Shown here in pieces: positions 18,689 through 28,871 of a stretch of 57,401 nt of DNA. The stretch lies in assembly GCA_964534375.1 (NCBI GenBank), contig CAZHPN010000010.1, positions 1 to 57,401 of the forward strand, written 5' to 3'. Position 1 is the first letter of the stretch, and each line of letters opens with the position of its first letter. The notes below the pieces were generated by a model. It worked only from the letters and a program-made list of their open reading frames with translations. It searched no databases and had not been told where the DNA came from. This DNA comes from an uncultured bacterium (GTDB taxonomy: Bacteria > Lernaellota > Lernaellaia > Lernaellales > Lernaellaceae). The position numbers were made by a program, and so were the translations under genes.

Positions 18689-19447
18689 ATGGCGTCCGCC
18701 GGCCTGAAAGGGCAGACCGCGCTCGTCACCGGCGCCGGCCGCCGGCTGGGCCGCGCCATTGCGCACGCGCTGGCGGCGCAAGGGATGAACATCGTCGCGC
18801 ATTACTCGCAGTCGGCGGCGGAGGCGGAAGCGCTCTGCGGCGAACTGACCGCGCTGGGCGTGCGCGCCTGGCCGCTGGCGGCCGATTTCGCGGACGAAAC
18901 GGCCGTGGCGGCGCTGCTGCCGCGCGCGCTGGCGGCAGCGGGCCGGCTCGATGCGCTCGTCAACAATGCGTCGATCTTTTTGCCGGGCGCGCTGGAAAAT
19001 ATCACTTTTCCCGATTTGGTGAACCATTTCCGGATCAACGCCTGGACGCCGTTGGCGCTCAGCCGCGACTTCGCGCGGCTGGTCGGCCGCGGCAAGATCG
19101 TCAATCTGTTGGACACGCGCATCGACGGCACCGATCGCGCGCACGTCGCCTATCTGCTGAGCAAGCAGGCGCTCGCGTCGTTGACGCGCCTGACGGCCAG
19201 CGAATTTGCGCCGGCGATCGCGGTCAACGGCGTCGCGCCCGGCCTGATCCTGCCGCCGCCGGGCCGCGACGACGCGTATCTCGACCGCCTGGCGCAGGCG
19301 ACGCCGCTGCAACGCCATGGCGAGCCGGCGGACATCGCGGCGGCGGTCGTGTTCTTGCTGCAGAGCGATTTCATCACCGGCGAGGTGCTGCGCGTCGACG
19401 GCGGCCGGCATCTGCGGGAGGGCGGGCGTGGACCGGATCCTCATTAG
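18689..19447 (+). CDS. pteridine reductase-type SDR (FolM/PTR1-like)
   Basis: TGAGRRLG, VNNASIF, YLLSK, VNGVAPG, ITGEVLRVDGG; pterin gene context. Confidence 0.85.
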   Translation: MASAGLKGQTALVTGAGRRLGRAIAHALAAQGMNIVAHYSQSAAEAEALCGELTALGVRAWPLAADFADETAVAALLPRALAAAGRLDALVNNASIFLPGALENITFPDLVNHFRINAWTPLALSRDFARLVGRGKIVNLLDTRIDGTDRAHVAYLLSKQALASLTRLTASEFAPAIAVNGVAPGLILPPPGRDDAYLDRLAQATPLQRHGEPADIAAAVVFLLQSDFITGEVLRVDGGRHLREGGRGPDPH

Positions 19448-19787
19448 CGATTTGCAGTTGCGCTGCATTCTCGGGGTCGACGCCGACGAGCGCCGGGAAA
19501 AACAGGATGTCATCGTCAACTTGGCGATCGGCGCAGACCTCGGCCCGGCGGCGCGCAGCGACCGCTTCGCCGACGCGGTGGATTACCGCGCGTTGAAGAA
19601 GCGCATCGTTGCCCTGGTCGAAACCTCGCAGTTTCACCTGGTCGAAGCGTTGGCCGAAGCGATCGCGGGTCTCTGCCTGGAGCACCCGGCCGTGCGCCAC
19701 GTGCGGGTGCGGGTCGACAAGCCGACGGCGCTGCGGTTCGCGCGCAGCGTCGGCGTCGAAATCACGCGCGAACGGGCCGCGCCATGA
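19428..19787 (+). CDS. folB: dihydroneopterin aldolase (FolB; FolX epimerase not excluded)
   Basis: DRILISDL...GV..ER...Q, VDY, LVEALAE, RVDKP, SVGVEI. Confidence 0.88.
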   Translation: MDRILISDLQLRCILGVDADERREKQDVIVNLAIGADLGPAARSDRFADAVDYRALKKRIVALVETSQFHLVEALAEAIAGLCLEHPAVRHVRVRVDKPTALRFARSVGVEITRERAAP

Positions 19788-20308
19788 CGCGGGCGTTCGT
19801 CGGCGTCGGCTCGAATATCCGCCCGGCGGAAAACGTGCGGGCGGCGTTGCGGTTGCTCGGCCGGCACGCGCGGCTGCTCGCGTTCTCGACGGTCTGGACG
19901 ACGGCGCCGGTCGCGCGGCCAGAGCAGGATTGGTACTACAACTGCGTCGCCGCCATCGTCACGAACCTGCCGCCGCTGGAGTTGAAGCGCGACGTGCTCC
20001 GCGCCATCGAGGCCGAACTGGGGCGCGTGCGCGGCGCCGACAAATTCGCCCCACGGCCGATCGATTTGGACCTGCTCGTTTACGACGGAGTGACGCTGCA
20101 GACCGCTGAACTCGAGTTGCCCGACCCGGACATCGCCGCGCGGCCGTTTCTCGCGCTCGCCCTGCACGAATTGGCGCCGAGCCTGGCCCTGCGCGGGGTG
20201 ACGATCCCGCTCGACGCGGCGGCCGAGGCGCTGAAGGCCGGCGCGATGAGGCGGCTCGACGCCTACACGAAGGCGCTGCGAAAGGAGTGGTTCGTTGGGC
20301 ATAAATAG
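19784..20308 (+). CDS. folK: 2-amino-4-hydroxy-6-hydroxymethyldihydropteridine diphosphokinase
   Basis: [37 protein letters not shown]. Confidence 0.92.
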   Translation: MTRAFVGVGSNIRPAENVRAALRLLGRHARLLAFSTVWTTAPVARPEQDWYYNCVAAIVTNLPPLELKRDVLRAIEAELGRVRGADKFAPRPIDLDLLVYDGVTLQTAELELPDPDIAARPFLALALHELAPSLALRGVTIPLDAAAEALKAGAMRRLDAYTKALRKEWFVGHK

Positions 20309-20873
20309 AGAACGCATCGCCGGGTTGGTGCGCGAATTGCTGCGCGAAATCGGCGAAGACCCGGACCGCGAGGGCCTCGTCGGCACGCCGGACCGCGTCG
20401 CCGCCGCCTACGAAGTGTTCACGAGCGGTTATCGCGCGGACGCGCAGGCGCTGGTCAACGGCGCCATTTTCCAGCAGGAAACGTCGAGCATGGTGATCGT
20501 TCGCGACATCGAAATCTACAGCCTCTGCGAACATCACCTGCTGCCGTTTTTCGGCCGCTGCCATATCGGCTATATCCCGAACGGCCGCGTCTTCGGCGTC
20601 AGCAAGCTGGTGCGGCTGGCGGACATGTTCGCCCGCCGCCTGCAATTGCAGGAGCGCCTCACCGAACAAATCGCCAACGCGGTCATGAACGCGATCGACG
20701 CCGAGGGCGTCGGCGTGACGATCGACGCCCGGCACCTCTGCATGATGATGCGCGGCGTCGAAAAGCAAAATTCGGTGTTCGTCACCTCGGCGCTGCTCGG
20801 CAGTTTCCGGTCGTCTTCCGACACCCGCAACGAGTTTCTCTCGCTCGTGAACCGCCCGCGGCCGGGGGTGTGA
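20295..20873 (+). CDS. folE: GTP cyclohydrolase I
   Basis: [50 protein letters not shown] before TTG. Confidence 0.96.
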   Translation: MGINRERIAGLVRELLREIGEDPDREGLVGTPDRVAAAYEVFTSGYRADAQALVNGAIFQQETSSMVIVRDIEIYSLCEHHLLPFFGRCHIGYIPNGRVFGVSKLVRLADMFARRLQLQERLTEQIANAVMNAIDAEGVGVTIDARHLCMMMRGVEKQNSVFVTSALLGSFRSSSDTRNEFLSLVNRPRPGV

Positions 20874-20972
20874 ATTCCATCGGGACGACCCCGGCCCGGC
20901 CCGTACGCTCGCACGGCCCGGCGATTCCGGCGCAGGCGAGGGCGCCTGCGCCGCATCCGGTCTCGCGGGCGT

Positions 20973-21052
20973 CCGTCTCCCAGCCTCCCGGTCTCTCCGT
21001 CTCCCAGCCTCCCAGGCTCCCAGCCGCTCGGCCTCCCCGCCTCGCGTCCTCT
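20973..21052. repeat. degenerate 8-bp tandem repeat (CCGTCTCC/CAGCCTCC, about 10 units)
   Basis: ccgtctcc cagcctcc cggtctct ccgtctcc cagcctcc caggctcc ... Confidence 0.75.
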
Positions 21053-21054
21053 CG

Positions 21055-21083
21055 TTGACACCGCCGCGGCGGCCGTGATAACT
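21055..21083 (+). promoter_or_regulatory. putative sigma70 promoter of pyr operon
   Basis: Perfect TTGACA, 16-17 nt spacer, then GATAAC/ATAACT. Confidence 0.5.
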
Positions 21084-21131
21084 TCCGCGCCGAAAACGGC
21101 ACGCAAGTCACCCCACGCCAGGACAGCAAAC

Positions 21132-21689
21132 ATGACGCTTGTGCATCGCCGCCGGATCATGAACGCCGAGCGGGTCGACCGCGCCCTGCGGCGGATCGCG
21201 GCCGAACTCATCGAACAATGCGCCGACCCGACGATGCTCGCGTTCATCGCGGTGCGCACGGGCGGCGTCAATCCGACGCTCCGGCTTGCCGATTACTTGA
21301 AGAAAACCGAAGGCCTCGACGTGCCGATCGGCATGCTCGACATCACCTTGTATCGCGACGATCTCGACGGCCGCACGCCGCTGCTGAAGAAGACCGAAAT
21401 TCCGTTCGACATCGAGGGCAAGTGGCTGGTCCTCGTGGACGACGTGCTCTTCACGGGGCGCACCTTCCGCGCGGCGCTGGACGCGCTCATGGATTTCGGC
21501 CGGCCGGCCTGCATTCGGGCGGCCGTGTTGATCGACCGGAGCGGCCACCGCGAGTTGCCGATCCAGGCCGATTTCGTGGGGCAGACGATCGACACCGAAC
21601 GCGACGAAATTGTCGAGGTCAAGGTCGGCCCCGCGTTTTCGCGGTCGGACAAGGTCGAAGTGGCGACGAAATTCGAAGAGTCGGCGTGA
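21132..21689 (+). CDS. pyrR: bifunctional pyrimidine regulator/uracil phosphoribosyltransferase
   Basis: [40 protein letters not shown]. Confidence 0.95.
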   Translation: MTLVHRRRIMNAERVDRALRRIAAELIEQCADPTMLAFIAVRTGGVNPTLRLADYLKKTEGLDVPIGMLDITLYRDDLDGRTPLLKKTEIPFDIEGKWLVLVDDVLFTGRTFRAALDALMDFGRPACIRAAVLIDRSGHRELPIQADFVGQTIDTERDEIVEVKVGPAFSRSDKVEVATKFEESA

Positions 21690-21712
21690 AACCCGAGGCG
21701 AAGGGGTTCCCC

Positions 21713-22636
21713 ATGTTGCTCGCCCGCAAGAGCATCCTCGGCCTGAAAGACATGTCGGTCGAGGAAATCAAGCTGATGCTCGACACGGCGGATTCGTTCC
21801 GCGAATTCGTCACGCGCAAGCGGAAGAAAGCGCCGACGCTGCAAGGGCGCACGGTCGTCAACCTGTTTTACGAGAAATCCACGCGCACGCGCACGAGCTT
21901 CGAGATCGCCGCCAAACGGCTCTCGGCCGACGTGGTGAATTTCGCGGCCTCGGAAAGTTCGGTGGGCAAGGGCGAGACGTTCATCGACACGGTGCGGAAC
22001 ATCGAGGCGATGCACCCGGACGTCATCGTCATCCGGCATTCGAGCGCCGGGGCGCCGCACATGCTCGACAAGATGATCGAGACCAGCGTCATCAACGCCG
22101 GCGACGGCGCGCACGAGCACCCGAGCCAAGCGCTGCTGGACATGCTGCTGATCCGCGACGTGAAGGGCGGGTTCGCCGGGCTCAAGGTCGCGATCGTCGG
22201 CGACATCGCGCACAGCCGCGTGGCGCGCTCGAACATCTACGGGCTGACGCGCATGGGCGCCGAGGTGCGGCTCTCGGGTCCGGCGACGATGATGCCGCGC
22301 GGGATCGAGCGGCTCGGCGTGACGGTGTACCCGTCGGTCGAGGAAGCGATCGCCGGCGTCGACGTGATCATGATGCTGCGCATCCAGTTCGAGCGGCAGA
22401 CGCGCCCGCTGTTTTCGAGCGGCCGCGAATACAGCCGCTTCTTCGGGCTGAACGAAAAAAGGTTGCGGCTGGCGAAACGCGACGCGATCATCATGCACCC
22501 GGGGCCGATGAACCGCGGCGTCGAGATCGACTCCGAAACCGCCGACGGCCAGCGCTCGCGCATCCTGGATCAGGTGACCAACGGCGTCGCGGTGCGCATG
22601 GGCCTGCTGTACCTCGTTGCCGGCGGGGCGGATTGA
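21713..22636 (+). CDS. pyrB: aspartate carbamoyltransferase catalytic subunit
   Basis: [41 protein letters not shown]. Confidence 0.97.
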   Translation: MLLARKSILGLKDMSVEEIKLMLDTADSFREFVTRKRKKAPTLQGRTVVNLFYEKSTRTRTSFEIAAKRLSADVVNFAASESSVGKGETFIDTVRNIEAMHPDVIVIRHSSAGAPHMLDKMIETSVINAGDGAHEHPSQALLDMLLIRDVKGGFAGLKVAIVGDIAHSRVARSNIYGLTRMGAEVRLSGPATMMPRGIERLGVTVYPSVEEAIAGVDVIMMLRIQFERQTRPLFSSGREYSRFFGLNEKRLRLAKRDAIIMHPGPMNRGVEIDSETADGQRSRILDQVTNGVAVRMGLLYLVAGGAD

Positions 22637-22643
22637 TAGAGGG

Positions 22644-22768
22644 AGTAGTCAGAAGACAGTAGACAGCAGTCAGAAGGCGGGCTCAAAAAAACGACGTAAC
22701 CCGGCGGGTGGGAACATTACGGAATCGCGCAGACTATTCCGACTTCTGACTACTGACTACTGACTTCT
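22644..22768. repeat. inverted pair of 7-bp tandem repeats (CAGTAGT/CAGAAGA vs reverse complement)
   Basis: agtagtcagaagacagtagacagcagtcagaag (22644-22676) ... ttccgacttctgactactgactactgacttct (22737-22768). Confidence 0.85.
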
Positions 22769-22782
22769 TTCAGGGAGTACCC

Positions 22783-24051
22783 TTGAAAACATTAGTGACA
22801 GGCGGCCGGGTGGTCGATCCGTCGCAGGACCTCGACGGGTTCTGGGACGTGCTGATCGACAAGGGCAAAGTCGTCGACCTGCTGAAGCCGGGCGCGCGCC
22901 ATGCCGGCGCCGCGGTGGACGCCGCGGGGTGCGTCGTGACGCCGGGTTTCGTCGACCTGCACACGCATCTGCGCGAGCCGGGTTTCGAAGGCAAAGAGAC
23001 GATTCTCAGCGGGTCGCGCGCGGCCGTCGCGGGCGGCTTCACCAGCATTTTGTGCATGGCCAACACCGAACCGGTGAACGACATCGGCGCGGTGACCGGC
23101 TACATCGTCGCCAAGGCCAAGGAAGCGGCGTGCAAGGTCTACCCGGTCGGCGCCACGACGCTGTGCCTGAAGGGCGAGAAAATCGCCAACCTCGGCGAAT
23201 TGAAAGCGGCCGGCGTCGCGGCCTACAGCGACGACGGCGTGCCGATTCGCAACAGCGAGATTCAGCGGCGGATCTTCGAGTTGGCGCGGCAGTTCGACAT
23301 GGCGGTGCTCGTGCACGCCGAAGACCCGGACATGGCCGCCGAGGGCCAGATGCACGAGGGCTTCACGAGCACCGATCTGGGCCTGCCGGGCATCCCGGCC
23401 GCGGCGGAGGAAATCGCCGTCGCGCGCGACATCCTGCTCTCGCAACTGACCGGCTGCCGGCTGCACATCTGCCACGTTTCGTCGGCGGGCGCGCTCGACC
23501 TGATCCGCTGGGCGAAAAAGCGCCGGGCGCCCGTCACTTGCGAGGCGACGCCGCATCATTTCACGTTGATCGACGAGGACGTCCGCGAGTACGACACCAA
23601 CTGCAAAGTCGCGCCGCCGTTGCGCGGCCGCGAGGACCGCGCGGCGCTGATCAAAGGGCTGGCCGACGGCGCGATCGACGCCATCGCCACCGACCATGCG
23701 CCGCACGGCGTGCTGCTCAAACAGACCGAGTTCGACCAGGCCGCGTGCGGCATCATCGGCCTGGAAACGGCGCTCGGGCTGACCTTGCGGCTGGTGCAGC
23801 AGAAAAAACTGACCTTGCGGCGCGCCGTGGAATTGCTGACGTGCGCCCCGGCGCGGGTCGTCGGCCTCGACGCCGGCTCGCTGGCGCCGGGGAAGGCGGC
23901 CGATTTGTGCGTATTCGACCCGGAGGCGAAGTTCGTCTACACGGTGGACCGCATCCGCTCGAAGTCGCGCAACAGTCCGTTTCTCAATTGGGAGTTGGCG
24001 GGCGTGGTCCGCGCCACGATGGTCGACGGCCGCGTCGTGTATCCGGATTAA
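22783..24051 (+). CDS. pyrC: dihydroorotase (multifunctional-complex type)
   Basis: PGFVDLHTHLREPG, MANTEP, CEATPHH, IATDHAPH, SKSRNSPF. Confidence 0.96.
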   Translation: MKTLVTGGRVVDPSQDLDGFWDVLIDKGKVVDLLKPGARHAGAAVDAAGCVVTPGFVDLHTHLREPGFEGKETILSGSRAAVAGGFTSILCMANTEPVNDIGAVTGYIVAKAKEAACKVYPVGATTLCLKGEKIANLGELKAAGVAAYSDDGVPIRNSEIQRRIFELARQFDMAVLVHAEDPDMAAEGQMHEGFTSTDLGLPGIPAAAEEIAVARDILLSQLTGCRLHICHVSSAGALDLIRWAKKRRAPVTCEATPHHFTLIDEDVREYDTNCKVAPPLRGREDRAALIKGLADGAIDAIATDHAPHGVLLKQTEFDQAACGIIGLETALGLTLRLVQQKKLTLRRAVELLTCAPARVVGLDAGSLAPGKAADLCVFDPEAKFVYTVDRIRSKSRNSPFLNWELAGVVRATMVDGRVVYPD

Positions 24052-24054
24052 GGC

Positions 24055-24675
24055 ATGAGCATCGAGATTTATCTGGATGAGTTGCAGCGGTTCGCCGATC
24101 GCGAGTTCCACACGGAACTGCTGGCGGCGCGCGTCGAGTATTTCGCCGGCCTGAGGCAGGTCTACGAAGAGGACGACCTGTTCGAAGCGCACCTCGACCG
24201 TTTTCTCGATTGGTTCTTGTTCGATCGCGTGCTGCCGCAGACCGGCCAGACGACGCTGTCGGCGTTCATCGAACGGCAGCGCGGCAGCCTCGCGCCCGAA
24301 ACGATGGCGATCTACGAAGGGTTCCTGAGCAACCTGCACGGGCTCTTCGAGGTGCGCAAGACGACCAAAGACGGCGTGCACCTGCGTGAACTCGCGCTGC
24401 AAACCAAATTTTTCGTCGCCGACGACGCTTTCGGAGCCTTCACCAAAGGGCAGATTTTCGACGCGCGCCTGCTGCCGCTCCACGGCGAATGGCGCTTCGG
24501 CAAAGGCTCGATTTTCCATCCGCTCGCCGCGACCAAGGCGATCCTCAAACGCCTGAAACAAATCGACGCGCACGACCCCGAGGCGCGCCGCGCCTTTATC
24601 CGCGACCTGGCCCTCCGCCGCCTCCGCGCCGACCGATACAAGCACGTCGATCCGGAGCAGTTTTACCGCTTTTAG
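24055..24675 (+). CDS. hypothetical protein
   Basis: Starts 3 nt after pyrC; globular composition (FLDWFLFDR). Confidence 0.8.
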   Translation: MSIEIYLDELQRFADREFHTELLAARVEYFAGLRQVYEEDDLFEAHLDRFLDWFLFDRVLPQTGQTTLSAFIERQRGSLAPETMAIYEGFLSNLHGLFEVRKTTKDGVHLRELALQTKFFVADDAFGAFTKGQIFDARLLPLHGEWRFGKGSIFHPLAATKAILKRLKQIDAHDPEARRAFIRDLALRRLRADRYKHVDPEQFYRF

Positions 24676-24682
24676 ACGATCT

Positions 24683-24932
24683 AACCGCGAAGACGAAGCT
24701 GTTGACGGGAATACGGCAGGATCGGCATTTCACCGCGAACTTTTTTAACCGCGAATTCACGCGAATGCACGCGAATACGGCATGACTGATGTTCATTGGC
24801 CCGCGTCCGCAGTCTAATCAAGATCTCATTATTCGCGTGCATTCGCGTGCATTCGCGGTTTCCAAACCCCTCACTCTCATTCATCCGTTCATTTGCGGCC
24901 CATCCTTCCCCATTGGCGGTTCATTCGTGGTT
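24683..24932. repeat. nested inverted repeat of the CACGCGAATG family
   Basis: aaccgcgaattcacgcgaatgcacgcgaata (~24747-24777) vs tattcgcgtgcattcgcgtgcattcgcggtt (24830-24860); outer degenerate arms. Confidence 0.85.
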
Positions 24933-25019
24933 TAGTTGCCTTGACAGGCGAGGGCCGGGCGGTGAAGCTGCTTCGCCGGACATTGCGCCCGGCACGACAT
25001 AGGGAAAATCGGACGAATA

Positions 25020-25982
25020 ATGTCCACGGCTTCGACGATGCCCGACGAACTGCAGTTGACCCGTTCTTCGGATGCAAAAGATATGCGGTTGCGCGACCAT
25101 ACGGCGATCCTCGACGCGGCGCGGCGGCTGCATGAATTGATGTCGCCGTGCCGTTTGTGTCCGCGGCGGTGCGGCGCCGAGCGGCTGGCGGGCAAACGCG
25201 GCGTCTGCGGGGCCGGCGCGACGGTCGAACTGGCGGCGGCGACGGCGCATTTCGGCGAGGAGCCGCCGATCAACGGCGAGCGCGGCTCGGGCACGCTCTT
25301 CTTTTCGCACTGCACGCTCAAGTGCCTCTATTGCCAGAATTGGCCGATCAGCCAGCAGGGCGTCGGGCGGCCGCTCACGGTCGACGCGCTGGCCGGGCAA
25401 ATGATGGCGCTGCAGCGGCGCGGCGTCCACAACATCAACCTGGTCAACCCCACGCACTATTGGCCGCCGATCGCCGAGGCCGTATACCTTGCGCGGCGGC
25501 GCGGCCTGACGATCCCCGTGCTGGCGAATTCGAGCGGCTTCGAGAACGTCGAAACCTTGCGCCTGCTCGATCCCGTCGTGCAAATCTGGCTGCCCGACGT
25601 GAAATACGTCAGCCCGGCGCTGGCGGCGCGGTATTCCGGCAGCCGCGCGCTGCCCGAGGCGGCGTGGCGGACGGCGTTGCACCTGCTGCGGACCTACGGC
25701 CCGCTGCGGCTCGACGAACACGGCGTCGCGACCGGCGGCGTGCTGATTCGCCATCTCGTGCTGCCTGGCGGCCTCGGCGAAACGCGCGCGGTGCTGCGCC
25801 GGCTGCGCCGTTGCTTCGGCCGGCGGCTGGCCGTCAGCTTGATGACGCAGTACTTTCCGGCGTATAAAGCGCCTGAGCATTCGTTGTTGCGCCGCGCGCT
25901 CACCGACCGCGAAAAACAGCGGGCGTGGCGCCTGGCCCGGCGCTTCCGCATCACGCGCGGATGGAGACAGCAAGATGGATGA
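25020..25982 (+). CDS. radical SAM protein, PflX-like
   Basis: CRLCPRRC, HFGEEPPI...GSGTLFF, CTLKCLYCQN, INLVNPTH, GVLIRHLVLP; alternative start 25083. Confidence 0.88.
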   Translation: MSTASTMPDELQLTRSSDAKDMRLRDHTAILDAARRLHELMSPCRLCPRRCGAERLAGKRGVCGAGATVELAAATAHFGEEPPINGERGSGTLFFSHCTLKCLYCQNWPISQQGVGRPLTVDALAGQMMALQRRGVHNINLVNPTHYWPPIAEAVYLARRRGLTIPVLANSSGFENVETLRLLDPVVQIWLPDVKYVSPALAARYSGSRALPEAAWRTALHLLRTYGPLRLDEHGVATGGVLIRHLVLPGGLGETRAVLRRLRRCFGRRLAVSLMTQYFPAYKAPEHSLLRRALTDREKQRAWRLARRFRITRGWRQQDG

Positions 25983-26715
25983 GATCAAGCAAACCGTCAG
26001 CCGCCTGCGCGAGACGATGTCGCAGTGGCTGGAGCCGAAAACTCCCGGCGCACGGCCGGCCGACGCCGGGGCGTTCGTGCGCGAGCAGGCCGTGAAGCTG
26101 CTCAAACGCAAAGACCTGCGCATCACGACCGAGACGCTGCTGCTGGATCTGCGCAACGCGTTCACCGGCTTCGAGGCGTTCGACCCGGAGAACCAACGGC
26201 GCGCGATGGAAGACGCGATGCGCGTCGTTGAGAAGATGGAAACCTTGATCGCGGTCGAAAAAGTGCTCAACCCCGACCGCATCGAACTGCCGGACCCGCC
26301 GCCGTTCCTCGGCAATCAGTTGAAGACGAACATCGAGCGCATCCGCCAGGAAGCCCGCGCGCAGAAAGACCGCTTGCAGAAAGAGGCGCAGTCGCAGCGC
26401 TTGTCGCGGCGGCCCGCGCGCACCGCGGCGAAGGCCCCGACGGCCGTGGAACCGTCCGCGGCGGACAAGGAACGGCGCAACCTCGTTTTCGAAAACAAAC
26501 ACAATTTCGACCGGCGGGGCGATCGCCGCCCGCGACCGCCGCAACGGCACGGCCCCGAAGCCGCGCCGGCCGGCCCCAAGCCGAGACCGCCGAGCGGCCC
26601 GAACCCGTCGAACGCGGCCAACCCGCCGGGCGCCGCCAACCCGACGATCCGCCTCGATGACGGCGGCGACAAAGGGAATCCGAACCGCCACCGGCGGCGC
26701 CACCGCAAAAAGTGA
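25975..26715 (+). CDS. hypothetical protein (helical N-domain, basic low-complexity tail)
   Basis: Overlaps neighbours on both sides, suggesting coupled translation. Confidence 0.75.
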   Translation: MDEIKQTVSRLRETMSQWLEPKTPGARPADAGAFVREQAVKLLKRKDLRITTETLLLDLRNAFTGFEAFDPENQRRAMEDAMRVVEKMETLIAVEKVLNPDRIELPDPPPFLGNQLKTNIERIRQEARAQKDRLQKEAQSQRLSRRPARTAAKAPTAVEPSAADKERRNLVFENKHNFDRRGDRRPRPPQRHGPEAAPAGPKPRPPSGPNPSNAANPPGAANPTIRLDDGGDKGNPNRHRRRHRKK

Positions 26716-28871
26716 AAAACGCGGAACCGGAAGAGACGCCGGGCGCGGACCAGGGCGCGGGAGTTGCGCCCGGCGTCGACCCGAAATCGTACGACTCGCG
26801 CTGCCTCCAACCCGTGACCGCGCTGCCGGGCGTCGGGCCGAAGATCGCCGCGACGCTCGCCCGCAAGAATATCCGCACCATCGAAGATCTGCTGCTCAGC
26901 CTGCCGTACCGCTACGAAGACCGGCGCGTGGTGACGCCGATCGCCGCGCTGCAAGAGGGGCAAGCGGCGACGATCCGCGCCGTCGTCGAACGCATCCGCG
27001 GCGTCGGCGGCCGGGGCCGGCTGCGGCGGACGCTCGCGCATGTGGTCGATGAAAGCGGCGGCGTCGACATCGTCTGGTTCGGCTTCGCCGGGATGCGTTT
27101 CAATCCGCAGGATCGCGTCGTGCTGTCCGGCGACGTCACGCGCCGCGACGAACGTCTGCAGATCGTGAATCCGGAAGGCGACGTGCTCGGGGCCGACGAG
27201 GAGCCGGCCGGCCTCGTGCCGGTCTACAGCGAAACGGAGGGGCTGCGGCAGCGCTCGTGGCGCAAGCTGATCGCCGCCGCGCTGGATCGCTTCGCCGGCG
27301 ATTGGGTCGGCGGCGTGCCCGACGGCGTGCGGGCCGAACGCGGCTTGGCGACGGTGGTGGAAGCGCTGCGCACGCTGCACCGCCCGCCAAATGGCGACGT
27401 CGATCCGGCGGCGCTGCTCGATTGGCGCGGTCCGGCGCGGCGCGCGTTGGCCTTCGAGGAATACTACGTTTTTCAATTGGGCATGGCGGTGCGCCGGCGG
27501 ATGCTCGACGAATTGCCCGGCGTGCGGCTGGAACTCGACGACGAGACGCTGCGGCCGCTGCGCGCCGCGCTGCCGTTTGCGCTGACCGCGGGGCAGGAGG
27601 AGTGCTGGCGCGCGATCGCCGCCGATCTGAGCGCGCCGCGGCCGATGCAGCGCCTGATCCACGGCGAGGTCGGCTCGGGGAAGACGGCGCTGGCGATCCT
27701 CGCGGCGGGGGCGGCGGCGCGCAACGATTATCAGACGGCGGTGATGGCGCCGACGGAAATCCTCGCGGCGCAGCACGCGCGCCGGTTCGCGGAGCTGCTG
27801 ACGCCGCTGGGCGTGCGCGTGGCGCTGGTCACCGGCGGCCTCGCGCGGCCCGAGCGGCGACGCCTCTGCGACCGCATCGCGCTGGGCATGGAGCAGGTGG
27901 TCGTGGGCACGCACGCGCTGCTGTCGGGCGACGTCGAGTTTCACCGCCTCGGCCTGGCGGTGGTCGACGAGCAGCACAAGTTCGGCGTCGCCCAGCGCGC
28001 GCGGCTGGCGACCAAGGGCGAACGGCCGAACGTGCTCGCGCTCAGCGCCACGCCGATTCCGCGCTCGCTGGCGCTGACGATTTACGGCGATCTCGATTTG
28101 TCGCTGCTGCGCGAACGGCCCCACGGCGTGGGCGCCATTGCGACGCGCGTGGTCGGGCCCGAGCAGCGCGCCGCCGCCTATCGCGAACTGGCCGGCCGCC
28201 TGGCCGCGGGCCGGCAGGGGTACGTGGTCTGCCCGCGCCTCGACCGCGCCACCGACGGCAAGGCGGATGCGCTGTCGCTCTACGAAGAGCTGCGCGCCGG
28301 GCCGCTGGCCGGGTTTCGCCTCGCGGTGCTGCACGGCCAAACGCCGCCCGCGGCGGGCGCCGAGATCGTCGCCGGGTTCCTGCGGCGCGAGATTCACGCG
28401 ATCGTCTCGACCTCGGTCATCGAAGTCGGCCTCGACGCGCCCAACGCCGCGGCGCTGGTCGTCGAAAACGCCGAGCTTTTCGGCCTCAGCCAACTGCACC
28501 AGATGCGCGGGCGCATCGGGCGCGACGGCCAGCCCGCGCTCTGCCTGCTGCTGCACGGCGCCGACTGCCCCGCGCCGGCGCGCGAACGGCTGGCGTATCT
28601 CGCGCGGTGCGGCGATGGCTTTGCGATCGCCGAATACGATTTGCGCTTGCGCGGTCCCGGCGAACTGCTCGGCGTCCGGCAAAGCGGCCTGCCGCGGTTG
28701 CGCTTCGCGAAATGGACGATCGACGACCTCGAATTGCTCCAGGGGGCCCGCGAGGCGGCGCGCCGCACCCTTGACGCCGACCCGCTGCTGGCCGATCCGC
28801 GCCACGAATGGGCGAAAATGACCGCCGCGCAACGCTGGGGCGCGGCGCTGAGCGCCGTTGTGGAAGGATGA
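26712..28871 (+). CDS. recG: ATP-dependent DNA helicase RecG
   Basis: LPGVGPK, PYRYEDR, HGEVGSGKT, MAPTEILA, DEQHKFG, SATPIPRSL, LHQMRGRIG, DGFAIAEYDLRLRGPGE. Confidence 0.96.
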   Translation: MKNAEPEETPGADQGAGVAPGVDPKSYDSRCLQPVTALPGVGPKIAATLARKNIRTIEDLLLSLPYRYEDRRVVTPIAALQEGQAATIRAVVERIRGVGGRGRLRRTLAHVVDESGGVDIVWFGFAGMRFNPQDRVVLSGDVTRRDERLQIVNPEGDVLGADEEPAGLVPVYSETEGLRQRSWRKLIAAALDRFAGDWVGGVPDGVRAERGLATVVEALRTLHRPPNGDVDPAALLDWRGPARRALAFEEYYVFQLGMAVRRRMLDELPGVRLELDDETLRPLRAALPFALTAGQEECWRAIAADLSAPRPMQRLIHGEVGSGKTALAILAAGAAARNDYQTAVMAPTEILAAQHARRFAELLTPLGVRVALVTGGLARPERRRLCDRIALGMEQVVVGTHALLSGDVEFHRLGLAVVDEQHKFGVAQRARLATKGERPNVLALSATPIPRSLALTIYGDLDLSLLRERPHGVGAIATRVVGPEQRAAAYRELAGRLAAGRQGYVVCPRLDRATDGKADALSLYEELRAGPLAGFRLAVLHGQTPPAAGAEIVAGFLRREIHAIVSTSVIEVGLDAPNAAALVVENAELFGLSQLHQMRGRIGRDGQPALCLLLHGADCPAPARERLAYLARCGDGFAIAEYDLRLRGPGELLGVRQSGLPRLRFAKWTIDDLELLQGAREAARRTLDADPLLADPRHEWAKMTAAQRWGAALSAVVEG

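Noticed and set aside
20928..20953. Intrinsic terminator after folE
   Set aside because: Strong GC hairpin (CGGCGCAGGCG/CGCCTGCGCCG) but no U-tract; function not supportable.
21084..21131. PyrR-binding attenuator
   Set aside because: The leader is short and has no recognisable PyrR binding loop or terminator/antiterminator.
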